NCBI GenBank assembly: GCA_963711565.1
Contig: CAVQEQ010000003.1
Coordinates: 1,056,001 to 1,120,000, forward strand
DNA: 64,000 nucleotides
From: an uncultured delta proteobacterium
GTDB lineage: Bacteria; Desulfobacterota; Binatia; Binatales; Binataceae
Reading direction: 5' to 3'
The notes beneath the pieces were generated by a model. The model worked only from the letters and a program-made list of their open reading frames with translations, was not told where the DNA came from and ran no database searches. Shown here in pieces: positions 10,018 to 19,096 of this stretch; the first letter of the stretch is position 1, and each line of letters begins with the position of its first letter. A program made the translations under genes and the position numbers.

Positions 10018-11925
10018 CTAAAATCTCGGTCGCGATGCGTCAGGCTGCGCCAGACGACGGGTTTCGATCTGTTGAGTCGTCAGATCGGGCACCTGAGTCG
10101 GGTTGTAAACCGACGCGCCATCGGGCAGCGGCTGCACGATTTGCGGGGTGACGCTCATCACCAGGTCGGTTTCGGTGTTTGAATAGCTCGTGTTGCGGAA
10201 CAGTCCGCCCAGATACGGCACGTCACCGAGGTATGGGACTTTCTGAACCTGGGTCTTCTTTTCATGCAGGATCAGGCCCGCGATGATCAGGGTCTGATTG
10301 TCTTTGAGCTGCACCAGCGTCTCCGCGCGCCGAGTCACGAATGCCGGCACGGTGAAGCCGAACAACTCGACGCCCTCTGCGAAGTCGGGCTCCGATACTT
10401 CAGGCTTAACCAGCAACTCGATGTCATTGCGGCCGACGACGGTCGGTACGAATTCAACCGAAGTGCCGAACTGCTTGAAGACGATCGAGGTGTTCAATGC
10501 CTGCGCGACCACGATCGGAATTTCGCCACCCGACAGGAACTTCGCCTCTTCTCCGGAATTGGCCAGCAGATGGGGCTGCGCGAGAATCTTCGCGAGCTGA
10601 TGGTCCTCGAGGTACTGGAAAAATCCCTGGACCGCGTAGTTACTGTTCCCGGCAGCCAAACCATAGGTCATCCCCTGCGAAAGGATCAAATCGGTCAGCG
10701 CTCCACCCGGTTCCAGCGATTGGCTGACTGAAGAAACCACTCCGGAAGGTGATGTGATGCTGGCCGTCGGGGAAAAAGGCGTCGCGACCGCGCCCGGCAG
10801 ACCGACCAGCGACACTCCCGCATGGCTCAGCGCCGCCGCCAGGTTGGTGCCCTGATTCTCGATTGCGGACCGGTCCAGTTCGGCCACCATCGTGCTGAGC
10901 AATACCTGCTGTTTGCCGTTGGGATCGATTCGCACCGGGCGCTCTTCGTATTGGCCCTGCGCATCCCAAATCGCCAGCGTGGTGAAGCCCGGTTTATGGC
11001 CGATAAGATTGATCTGGAACGGATTGATTACCTGGATGTCCGCAATCGTCGTATCGGCGATCGAGACGCGGCGCAGCTTTACCGGAAAGTCGATAATTCT
11101 CGACGCACTCGTCTGCAGCTGCACGCCATCATCGGGCAGGTAATGCCGTCCGCCTGTAATCGCACCCGAGTGCAGCTCGCCCCCGTTCAAAGTGACGGAA
11201 GGATCGACCCGATAGCGCTCGTTCGATAACGCTGCCGAGGCCGTCTGACCCGACGCAGGAGGCGTAGAAGCATAGGTGGCAGCCGGAACCGATGGATAAA
11301 AGTCGAAGTTCGAGTGATTCACCGGAGGCGGAGGGACTGCGCTGGATGATCCCGTCGCCGTCACCGGCTCAGGAGCTCCTGGCGCGGCCGCTGCGACCGT
11401 TTCCGTCGTGGTCGTGTAAGTCGCGGCCGATGAGGATGGAGCAGACGACGAAGAAGATGCCGACGATGAAGCCACCGGGCCCGTGCCCGAATCCATCTTG
11501 GCGAGTACCGGTGGGGCCGTGGAACCGGTGGTCGCGCCGCTGCCCGTGATTGGTCCCGGGCTCATCCCGGGATGATTGATGTCGTTGATATTGCCGATTG
11601 CTCTCACCGTCACGTCATACTTGATGGTGCTGCCATCGGTGGTCTTGACCGCAATGGTCCATTCTCCCGCGTCTGCGCCCACCAGCACGACTTTGCCCGG
11701 TGCGTTGTTTACCACCAGCGCGTGCGGATTATTAACCACGGTCACGGCCGGCGTTTCGCCGGGGCCGACGTTATTGATGATGTAGCTCTCACCCTTGTCC
11801 AGGGAGAGAGACATTATCGTGGCTTCGTCGGCAAACAGCAGGCCGGGCCGAAGCATGAGTATGCTGACAGCCGCGACCAGCCATGGAAGCAATCCATGTC
11901 GTCGTTTCAATTCCATCTTCTTCAC
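10018..11925 (-). CDS. cpaC: Tad secretin CpaC/RcpA
   Basis: Signal peptide; secretin motifs LAQPHLLANSGEEAKFLSGGEIP, TLIIAGL, KVPYLGDVPYLGGLFR. Confidence 0.92.
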   Translation of the reverse strand: MKKMELKRRHGLLPWLVAAVSILMLRPGLLFADEATIMSLSLDKGESYIINNVGPGETPAVTVVNNPHALVVNNAPGKVVLVGADAGEWTIAVKTTDGSTIKYDVTVRAIGNINDINHPGMSPGPITGSGATTGSTAPPVLAKMDSGTGPVASSSASSSSSAPSSSAATYTTTTETVAAAAPGAPEPVTATGSSSAVPPPPVNHSNFDFYPSVPAATYASTPPASGQTASAALSNERYRVDPSVTLNGGELHSGAITGGRHYLPDDGVQLQTSASRIIDFPVKLRRVSIADTTIADIQVINPFQINLIGHKPGFTTLAIWDAQGQYEERPVRIDPNGKQQVLLSTMVAELDRSAIENQGTNLAAALSHAGVSLVGLPGAVATPFSPTASITSPSGVVSSVSQSLEPGGALTDLILSQGMTYGLAAGNSNYAVQGFFQYLEDHQLAKILAQPHLLANSGEEAKFLSGGEIPIVVAQALNTSIVFKQFGTSVEFVPTVVGRNDIELLVKPEVSEPDFAEGVELFGFTVPAFVTRRAETLVQLKDNQTLIIAGLILHEKKTQVQKVPYLGDVPYLGGLFRNTSYSNTETDLVMSVTPQIVQPLPDGASVYNPTQVPDLTTQQIETRRLAQPDASRPRF

Positions 11926-11946
11926 CTCGTCCTCCTCGCGGCTCGC

Positions 11947-13047
11947 TTAAGGTATGTCGATCGTCTTTGGCGTCGGCAGGTGATCCGGCGTCGTGTTCGG
12001 CGCGCCGACGGGAGCAACGAGCGGCGATGCCAGATCGTGATGCTCGGGCTCGGGAGCGCTCGCCACCGTCGTTGAACCTGTCGCATCGGTGTCGGCGCCG
12101 GCATCCGTCGCGTCGTCATCGCTATCGTCGTTGGCCTTCATCGCGGCCTTGCGGATGTGGTTCGCTGACTTGCTCGAACCCTCGAAATCCGCCGCCGCTT
12201 CATTCACAAACGACACTGACTCGGACGACTTGCCGTTGCGAAGAATTTCGATCTCGACCGGCTTCGGCCGATGCGCCACGACAATGTGATGAGGTTCGGG
12301 CTGAACCGCCATCACGGGAACGTCGGGTGCCAGGCTGTACGCCCGCAGCATCTGCGAAACGTCGCTGCCACTGGTCAGAACGATCTTGTTATCATTGTAA
12401 TTGCGCATCGCCAGCCGCAGCGTTCCCGAGTGACTCGCCAGCGCCAGCCGCTCGGACTCCTGCGGAGTCACCAGCAGCGTGACGACTTTCACGATTTCCG
12501 GCTCGTCCTTCTTCTGTTCGACTTCCTGCGCTACCGCGAGCACTTCGACGTTCTGCAGAATTACCTTTGAGAACGCCTTGTTGTCTGCCCCTTCCGAAGT
12601 GGTCGCGACCAGCACGTCTACCCGGGTATGCGGCAGCACGAAGCCCGCGACGTCGCTGACTTCATCGACTGGAACCGACACTGCGCGCATCCCGAACGGA
12701 ATCAACAACGGCATTACGCCCGCCGTCTTGTCCCCGGTGAACAGCTTGGCCTGCACGATCGGCTCGTTGGCAACGAGCGAGTTCTTCACGTAACTGCCAA
12801 GAACCTGCTTGGGATCGGTGTACGCGCCATCGGGCAGACTGTCCGCCGACCAGCGCGCCAATTTGACTTCGCCCACATCGATCTTGGTACCGAGCGGAAG
12901 ATCGTATGCCGCAACCACCACCTCGACATTGTGCGACATGGCGTTGGCAACTTCGGCTTCCCTCCGCTTCAAGGCGGAGTACACCATTACCGAAGCCAGC
13001 ATCGCCGCCAGCCCCGCGAGCAAGACGAATACCATCGGTCGTCTCAT
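11947..13047 (-). CDS. cpaB: Flp pilus assembly protein CpaB/RcpC
   Basis: SAF domain VVVAAYDLPLG; GMRAVSVPVDEVSDVAGFVLP; LQNVEVLAV. Confidence 0.93.
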   Translation of the reverse strand: MRRPMVFVLLAGLAAMLASVMVYSALKRREAEVANAMSHNVEVVVAAYDLPLGTKIDVGEVKLARWSADSLPDGAYTDPKQVLGSYVKNSLVANEPIVQAKLFTGDKTAGVMPLLIPFGMRAVSVPVDEVSDVAGFVLPHTRVDVLVATTSEGADNKAFSKVILQNVEVLAVAQEVEQKKDEPEIVKVVTLLVTPQESERLALASHSGTLRLAMRNYNDNKIVLTSGSDVSQMLRAYSLAPDVPVMAVQPEPHHIVVAHRPKPVEIEILRNGKSSESVSFVNEAAADFEGSSKSANHIRKAAMKANDDSDDDATDAGADTDATGSTTVASAPEPEHHDLASPLVAPVGAPNTTPDHLPTPKTIDIP

Positions 13048-13289
13048 ATCACCCCTCCCCTCCGGCCGCGCGTGGCAGGCCGGCTATCTTCAAATAATAG
13101 TTGAGCACTGTAGCATCTTGTAAGGCTTAATAGGAGCCTCAGTAATATTCAGGCTGGCGATCGAACTGATTAGCAAATTCGAGCCAGAAATAAGCGTATT
13201 TATAATAAATTTAGTCTGAAGATTGCTCTTGTGGAGATGAATGGAATCTGCCGTCGTCATAAACTTTCCCAGAATACCGCGGTGCCTGA

Positions 13290-13457
13290 CTAAAACAGCG
13301 TACACACGTTGTTGACTAATGAATCGAGGATAGTGCTCGCATTCTGGTAAAGGGCCGCCGCTACGAGCGCAATCGTTGCAAGTATCAGCGCGTACTCGGC
13401 CATGGTCTGACCGCGCGGAGTTACTGTTGGCTTACAAACTCCCTTCAGGCGGCTCAT
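13290..13457 (-). CDS. flp: Divergent Flp family type IVb pilin (55 aa), likely a minor pilin
   Basis: MSRLKGVCKPTVTPRG|QTMAEYALILATIALVAAAL...; Flp G/xxxxEY motif; GGAGGGG RBS. Confidence 0.85.
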   Translation of the reverse strand: MSRLKGVCKPTVTPRGQTMAEYALILATIALVAAALYQNASTILDSLVNNVCTLF

Positions 13458-13497
13458 TGACGTCCCCTCCCCAGGGTGGTCGCGATTCCTTAGTGAA

Positions 13498-13531
13498 CTC
13501 CAGGCGGGGGCCATGCAGCCCCCGCCTGGAG
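13498..13531. terminator. Perfect 14-bp inverted repeat after the third pilin (terminator or mRNA-stabilising hairpin)
   Basis: CTCCAGGCGGGGGC-catgca-GCCCCCGCCTGGAG; no U-tract in the pilin direction. Confidence 0.6.
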
Positions 13532-13563
13532 ACATTCCCGACGACCGTCAGGCCAGTGACCGA

Positions 13564-13734
13564 TTACAGGCTTCCGTCCACCGACGAAAGCAGGGTGGTA
13601 ATGGTCGTGCCCATCGTCTCGTAGCCGACGAACACCACTACCGCCACCGCTGCCAGGATCAGTGCGTATTCGGCCATGGTCTGTCCGCGATTGAACTCAC
13701 GCGCCCGTACTACCAACTTCGTGATCGCATTCAT
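13564..13734 (-). CDS. flp: Flp pilin copy 3 (56 aa; not in ORF track)
   Basis: Manual translation MNAITKLVVRAREFNRGQTMAEYALILAAVAVVVFVGYETMGTTITTLLSSVDGSL. Confidence 0.92.
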   Translation of the reverse strand: MNAITKLVVRAREFNRGQTMAEYALILAAVAVVVFVGYETMGTTITTLLSSVDGSL

Positions 13735-13821
13735 ACTTCCTTTCCCTCCTCGACTCGTTCGTGTTTTTTCAGCTGGGTGGCGTACAGATTAGTCCGCCAC
13801 CCAGCATTTTACCCTGTCGAA

Positions 13822-13992
13822 TTAGAGCTTCCCGTCCACGCTGCTCAGCAGTGTGGTGATGGTCGTGCCCATGGTCTCGTAGCCGATGAAAACCACCACC
13901 GCCACTGCGGCCAGGATCAGCGCGTACTCGGCCATCGTCTGACCGCGCTGATACTCGCGCGCCCGTACAACTAACTTCGTGATTGCGTCCAT
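13822..13992 (-). CDS. flp: Flp pilin copy 2 (56 aa; not in ORF track)
   Basis: Manual translation MDAITKLVVRAREYQRGQTMAEYALILAAVAVVVFIGYETMGTTITTLLSSVDGKL; GGAGGAG RBS. Confidence 0.92.
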   Translation of the reverse strand: MDAITKLVVRAREYQRGQTMAEYALILAAVAVVVFIGYETMGTTITTLLSSVDGKL

Positions 13993-14090
13993 TCGTTTTT
14001 TCTCCTCCGCGTCGTAATTTTTGTGTCCGCACTTGTTTGGGGGGGGGGCGGATGGGTTAGTCCGCCACCCCGGATTTCACCCTTCTAGAA

Positions 14091-14261
14091 TTAGAGCTTC
14101 CCGTCCACGCTGCTTAGCAGTGTGGTGATGGTCGTGCCCATGGTCTCGTAGCCGATGAAAACCACCACCGCCACTGCGGCGAGGATCAGCGCATACTCGG
14201 CCATCGTCTGGCCGCGCTGATACTCGCGCGCTTTCACAAACATCCTCGTGATCTTGTCCAT
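14091..14261 (-). CDS. flp: Flp pilin copy 1 (56 aa)
   Basis: MDKITRMFVKAREYQRGQTMAEYALILAAVAVVVFIGYETMGTTITTLLSSVDGKL; GAAGGAGG RBS. Confidence 0.93.
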   Translation of the reverse strand: MDKITRMFVKAREYQRGQTMAEYALILAAVAVVVFIGYETMGTTITTLLSSVDGKL

Positions 14262-14449
14262 TTGTCCCGCGTCCTCCTTCATTCTGTTGTTGGCCGAAAT
14301 TGGCCATTGTCCCCGCTAGTTATTTCGACCTTCCTCCAACTTGCGCTGCGGTCCGGTGGCGCGAGCTGGATCCCCAGTGCATTCTCCCCGACGACGAAGA
14401 CGAGCTTCGTTTGCGGCAACTTTACTGTGCCAAAGCGAGACTTATCGTG

Positions 14450-14465
14450 AGCATCTCTCGTGCCA
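14450..14465 (-). promoter_or_regulatory. Sigma-54 (-24/-12) promoter of the flp operon
   Basis: Minus strand TGGCACGAGAGATGCT = GG-N10-GC with a perfect TGGCACG -24 box, about 190 bp upstream of the first pilin ATG. Confidence 0.75.
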
Positions 14466-14730
14466 TCATGATCTATTGAGCAATTTCTTCGACTTTTTCG
14501 GTTCAAGGCAAATTACGCTAGCCGCAGTGATGCAACTGTTGGTTGCGAACCCGCAACAGAATAAGGCACAAAGAGCGTATCTTTGGAACGTTAAGAAAGT
14601 CAAAGAGGCGTAAACTTAATATAGATAAATTAAGCTACAAACAACTATATGTAGTAGTAGCCCTGCATCCAACCACTAAATCGCTAAACGACACATGTTT
14701 TCTGCGAGCTTTTTCGAGAGAGTGACCACT

Positions 14731-15144
14731 CTAGTCGACAGCGTCGAACACGATCAGATCCCCGGCCTGCGTCGAACTCTCGTCCGACGCGCCGGCCGGG
14801 AGCTCCAGCGCTCTTCGCGCACCGAATACGACCGACGATACCCGCCACGGCTCGAGCCGCCGATTGATCTTGATGACCGCGTTATTTCGCCCGAGAAAAA
14901 CGATGTCGATCGCGAAGCGCATGAAGAACATATGCATCCACATGAATGGGGTGAAGCGCCCGTTCTCGAAGAGCATCCCCGTCCCCGGCTCGAGGCCCTC
15001 GCGACCCAGCAGGCCGCGGTTCTGGCCTGCGCGACCGCCGGCATTCTCGAGTCGCGCGCATAACACGGTCCCGCGGGTCTGGTTCGTCGCTCGGACCAGA
15101 GCTTGATTCATCGACGGCGCATCGGGCGATTGGGACTGTCTCAT
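14731..15144 (-). CDS. DUF192 family protein
   Basis: RGLLGR, MHMFFMRFAIDIVFL, ALELPAG. Confidence 0.85.
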   Translation of the reverse strand: MRQSQSPDAPSMNQALVRATNQTRGTVLCARLENAGGRAGQNRGLLGREGLEPGTGMLFENGRFTPFMWMHMFFMRFAIDIVFLGRNNAVIKINRRLEPWRVSSVVFGARRALELPAGASDESSTQAGDLIVFDAVD

Positions 15145-15177
15145 TACGTCATCATGTAATAAAATCGCGGAAGTTTC

Positions 15178-15858
15178 ATGGGATACATTCCGATATTTCT
15201 CGACGTGACGGGCCGCGAATGTGTGGTGGTCGGTGGCGGCGAGGTCGCCGTGCGCAAAGTTGAGTCGCTGCTCGAGGCCGGCGCGCGCGTGACTGTCGTG
15301 AGCCCGCGCTTGTCGCCGCCACTGGAAGCATTAGTTGCCCGCGGCCGCGTGGCGCACATCGCTCGTAATTATGAGCGCGGCGACATCCGCGGATGCGCGC
15401 TCGTACAAGCCGCGACCGACGATCCAAAGCTGCAGCGTGAACTGGCCGCCGAGGCGCGCGCGCTCGGAATTCCGGTAAACGTCGCCGACGTGCCGGAGTT
15501 GTGCACGTTCATCGCGCCCGCGGTTGTGAAACGCGGCGCGCTTCAAATCGCAATCTCGACGGGTGGTGCGTCACCGGCGTTTGCAGCGCGTATGAGACGC
15601 ACGCTGGAGGATCAGTTTGGGAACGAGTACGCGCTCACGCTCGAAGTGCTGCATGCGGCGCGCCGGCGGCTGCGCGCCGAGGAAATCGATCCAGCAGAGC
15701 GGATGCGCCGGCTGAAGGACCTCGCCAACTCGGCGCTGGTCGATGCGATCGCCTCAGGTGACGTGGCGGCTGTCGAAAGAATCCTCGCTACTCATCTTGG
15801 CGATGGTGTAGATCTGGCTGCGCTGGGACTCTCGCACGCAATGGGGCTTCGCGACTGA
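15178..15858 (+). CDS. Precorrin-2 dehydrogenase / sirohydrochlorin ferrochelatase (CysG N-terminal / SirC type)
   Basis: VVGGGEVAVRK, AATDD, VNVADVPELCTF, IAISTGGASP. Confidence 0.92.
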   Translation: MGYIPIFLDVTGRECVVVGGGEVAVRKVESLLEAGARVTVVSPRLSPPLEALVARGRVAHIARNYERGDIRGCALVQAATDDPKLQRELAAEARALGIPVNVADVPELCTFIAPAVVKRGALQIAISTGGASPAFAARMRRTLEDQFGNEYALTLEVLHAARRRLRAEEIDPAERMRRLKDLANSALVDAIASGDVAAVERILATHLGDGVDLAALGLSHAMGLRD

Positions 15859-15872
15859 CCAGTCTTTTGCCG

Positions 15873-16700
15873 ATGGACACATTGTGGCTAATGCCCGCGC
15901 TCGCGTGTTACGCGCTGTCGGCGGCGTTGTTTGTGTTCGATCGTTTGTCGGGACGTACGCGCGCGACCGGCTACGCGGTTGCAATCCTCGGCGCCGGCGC
16001 GATCTTTCATGCGTTCGATTTGACCGCGCGCGGACTGCAGGCCGGCAATATCCCGGTCGCCAATTTTGCGCAGGCGTTGTCGTTCCTTGCGTGGCTGACC
16101 GCGCTGGCAGGACTGCTGATGATCGTGCGCCTGCGCCTCGCTGTGATCGGCGCCTTCGTCGCGCCCGCAGTCACTGTTGCGCTGGGCGCCGCGTCGCTCA
16201 CGACGAGCAGCGGGCGCGTGGTCTTGCCGGCGACGCTACGCAGCGTATGGCTGCCGATTCACGTCACGCTTGCGATCCTTGGCTACACGATGTTCGTGCT
16301 CGCGGCGAGCGTGAGTATCGTCTATCTCGCCTGCGAGTCGCGGCTCAAATCCAAGCGCGCGCTGGGTCCCGCGAACGACGGCGGGCCGAGTCTCGAAAAG
16401 CTCGACCGCATCAACTATCGCCTGCTCGGATGGGGCTTCATGATGCTGAGCCTCGCGATCGTGAGCGGTGCGATTTGGGCCGACGCGACGTGGGGGCATT
16501 TCTGGTCGTGGGAGCCCAAGGAATCGTGGTCGCTGGTGATTTGGATATTGTACGCGGGACTGCTCGAATCGCGCCTCACCGTGGGATGGCGCGGGCGGCG
16601 CGCCGCGGCGCTCACGATCGTGCTCGCGAGTGTGTTGGTTGGATCGTTCGTTGGCGTTAACCTGATCTTTCCCGGCAAACACGGCGGCAGTTTCGGCTGA
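15873..16700 (+). CDS. ccsA: CcsA/HemX-like cytochrome c assembly membrane protein
   Basis: WWD-type motif GAIWADATWGHFWSWEPKE; multiple TM helices; lies upstream of hemA. Confidence 0.85.
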   Translation: MDTLWLMPALACYALSAALFVFDRLSGRTRATGYAVAILGAGAIFHAFDLTARGLQAGNIPVANFAQALSFLAWLTALAGLLMIVRLRLAVIGAFVAPAVTVALGAASLTTSSGRVVLPATLRSVWLPIHVTLAILGYTMFVLAASVSIVYLACESRLKSKRALGPANDGGPSLEKLDRINYRLLGWGFMMLSLAIVSGAIWADATWGHFWSWEPKESWSLVIWILYAGLLESRLTVGWRGRRAAALTIVLASVLVGSFVGVNLIFPGKHGGSFG

Positions 16701-16702
16701 TA

Positions 16703-18046
16703 ATGGATCAGACTTTATTCATCGTGGGGATTAACCATCGCAGTGCCGCCGTCGCCTTGCGCGAGCGGCTCGCATTTGCCGACGACGAAATCGTGCCCGC
16801 GCTGGACCGTCTGCGCGAGGCGTCACCGGCGGTCGCCGAGGCGGCTCTTATTTCGACCTGCAATCGCGTCGAGGTGGTGGGCGTTGCGACCGACGCGGCG
16901 CGGGCCGCCGATGAGACGCTGAAGTTTCTTGCCGCTGATCGAAACGTCGCGCAAGCCGAATTCGCCGGTGCGGTTTACAATTTCGCCGGACGCGACGCCG
17001 CGCGTCATCTGTTCCGCGTCGGCGCGAGTCTCGATTCAATGGTCGTCGGCGAGCCGCAGATACTGGGCCAACTCAAGCTCGCCTACGCGCAGGCGTCCCG
17101 GGCGCGCAGCGTCGGCCTGATTTTACATCGCGCGTTCCACAAGGCGTTCACCGTCGCGAAGCGCGTGCGCAAGGGCACGCTGATCGGCCACGGGTCAGCC
17201 TCCGTCAGCACCGCGGCGGTCGCGCTCGCCGGCCAGATTTTCGACACGCTCAAAGACAAGACCGTGATGCTGATGGGGGCGGGCAAGATGGCGGAGCTGA
17301 CGGCCCGCCAGTTGGGCGCGCTCGGCGTTGAGTCGATGCTGATAACCTCGCGCACTTTCGATCGCGCGGTCGCGCTCGCGCGCGAACTGGGCGGCACCGC
17401 GGTACCGTACGAGAACTACAAACCGTACCTCAAGATGGTCGATGTGCTGATCGGTTCGGTCTCATCGACCAAGCCCATTCTCGGCCCCGAGGAATTCGAG
17501 CTGGTGGTGCGCGAGCGCCGCTACCGCCCGATGTTCCTGATCGATATGGGCGTGCCGCGCAACTTCGATCAGCGCCTCAACGCGCTGCAAAACGTGTACT
17601 TGTACGACATCGACGATCTCGGCGCGCTCGTTCAACGAACACTTGGAGACCGCGAGCGCGAAGCGGAAAAGGCCGAGCAGATCGTCGAGCTCGAACTCGA
17701 ATCGTTCCTCAAATGGCTCGCGGGTCTCGATCTCACGCCGACGATCAAGGACATCCGCTACAGCGTCGAGCGGCTGCGCGACGACGAGCTGGGCCGCGCG
17801 CAGGGATGGCTGTCGCAGCTCGAACCGGCCGAGCGCGAACGCGTCGAATTGCTGACGCGCGGGCTAACGAACAAATTGCTCCATCGCATTCTGTCGGGAC
17901 TCAAGCAGCGCGACGACAAAACCCTCGACGCCGCATTCGCCGCCGAAATGGCCCGCCGTCTGCTGGGCGCCGAATTCGACGCGCAAGACGACGAGCTCGA
18001 CGACGCCGACAACGAAACCGATGACGACGACTCAGGCCTCGAGTGA
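16703..18046 (+). CDS. hemA: Glutamyl-tRNA reductase
   Basis: STCNRVE, LDSMVVGEPQILGQ, GAGKMA, DMGVPRN. Confidence 0.97.
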   Translation: MDQTLFIVGINHRSAAVALRERLAFADDEIVPALDRLREASPAVAEAALISTCNRVEVVGVATDAARAADETLKFLAADRNVAQAEFAGAVYNFAGRDAARHLFRVGASLDSMVVGEPQILGQLKLAYAQASRARSVGLILHRAFHKAFTVAKRVRKGTLIGHGSASVSTAAVALAGQIFDTLKDKTVMLMGAGKMAELTARQLGALGVESMLITSRTFDRAVALARELGGTAVPYENYKPYLKMVDVLIGSVSSTKPILGPEEFELVVRERRYRPMFLIDMGVPRNFDQRLNALQNVYLYDIDDLGALVQRTLGDREREAEKAEQIVELELESFLKWLAGLDLTPTIKDIRYSVERLRDDELGRAQGWLSQLEPAERERVELLTRGLTNKLLHRILSGLKQRDDKTLDAAFAAEMARRLLGAEFDAQDDELDDADNETDDDDSGLE

Positions 18047-18060
18047 CCGCTCCCGCGATT

Positions 18061-18099
18061 GTTCCCCCTCCGTCGAGGGAAGGGGTTAGAGGTTAGGTT
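18061..18099. repeat. REP-like hairpin plus TTAGG(G) tail, subfamily A
   Basis: GTTCCCCCTCCG-tcga-GGGAAGGGGTTAGAGGTTAGGTT; homologous to copies at 21859, 29500 and 34371. Confidence 0.85.
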
Positions 18100-19036
18100 G
18101 GCGCTCAAGATCAGAATCGGTTCGCGGCCCAGCAAACTCGCGATTGCGCAGGCGTCGATCGTTCGGGACCGTCTCGCCGCACATATTCCAGCGGAGATTG
18201 AAATCATTGAGATCCGCACCAGCGGCGACAAGATGACGTCGGCGTCGCTCGCGGACGTGGGCGGCAAGGGGCTGTTTATAAAGGAGCTCGAGCAGGCGCT
18301 CGCCGATCATACGATCGACCTGGCAGTGCATTCCGTGAAAGACCTTCCCGCGATTCTGCCTGAGCAGTTTCGCGTGGCGTCGGTGCCGGTGCGCGAGGAC
18401 ACTGCGGATATCCTCGTGACGCGCGACGGCTCGTCGTTGTCCGCGCTTGCGGCGGGCGCGCGGCTTGGAACGTCGTCGTCGCGCCGGCGATTTCAGGCGC
18501 TGAAGGTGAATCCGACGCTGGTGATTTCGCCGCTGCGCGGCAATGTCGATACGCGGCTGGCGCGAGTGGCCGACGGCACCTTCGACGCGATCATAATCGC
18601 GATTGCGGGGCTGAAGCGGCTGGGGCGAGTGAAAGATGTGAAGTTCGTCGAGCTTGATAGCCGCGATTTTATTCCGGCCGGCGGACAGGGAGCGCTCGCG
18701 ATCGAAACGCTGGCCGATCGTAGAGGAGATGAACTCGATCGCGCACTCGCGGCGATCAACGACGCACGCGCTTTTTATGAGACCGCGGCCGAGCGGGCAT
18801 TCCTCGCAACGATCGAGGCGTCGTGCACAACGCCGGTGGGAGTGAGGGCGAGAATCAACGGCGATACGCTGGCGGTTGCGGCGATGCTGTTCAGTCCGGA
18901 TGGTTCGCGAGAGTTGATGGATTCGATCAAAGAGCCGCTCGCAACCGACTTTGCGCCGACCTATGCGGAAGACTCCGGCAAGCGGCTCGCGGAAAAAATG
19001 CTCGCGCGTGGCGCCGCCGCAATTCTTGGAAAATAG
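18098..19036 (+). CDS. hemC: Hydroxymethylbilane synthase (TTG start inferred)
   Basis: IGSRPSKLA, GGKGLFIKELE, VHSVKD, LRGNVDTRL. Confidence 0.95.
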   Translation: MALKIRIGSRPSKLAIAQASIVRDRLAAHIPAEIEIIEIRTSGDKMTSASLADVGGKGLFIKELEQALADHTIDLAVHSVKDLPAILPEQFRVASVPVREDTADILVTRDGSSLSALAAGARLGTSSSRRRFQALKVNPTLVISPLRGNVDTRLARVADGTFDAIIIAIAGLKRLGRVKDVKFVELDSRDFIPAGGQGALAIETLADRRGDELDRALAAINDARAFYETAAERAFLATIEASCTTPVGVRARINGDTLAVAAMLFSPDGSRELMDSIKEPLATDFAPTYAEDSGKRLAEKMLARGAAAILGK

Positions 19037-19096
19037 ATCTTTGCGTAAACTCAGCGACGCGTTCAAACAGGCAGAATCTTGAGTCGCGCGCGAAAA

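Noticed and set aside
13172-13186. Sigma-54-like TGGCTCGAATTTGCT upstream of cpaB (minus strand)
   Set aside because: GG-to-GC spacing is 9 nt, not the required 10. A look-alike at 14416-14433 has 12 nt and was rejected for the same reason.
13090-13305. 71-aa ORF in the AT-rich gap
   Set aside because: Atypical composition, no RBS or motif; more likely regulatory DNA.
14039-14048. G10 tract between pilin copies as a phase-variation switch
   Set aside because: It is intergenic, forms one arm of the hairpin, and is not in a promoter spacer or coding frame; its length may be a sequencing artefact.
13564-14261. Periodic repeats that could be mistaken for a CRISPR array or DGR template/variable repeats
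   Set aside because: The repeats are whole pilin ORFs with mostly synonymous differences. No cas or reverse transcriptase gene is present and there is no adenine-specific variation.
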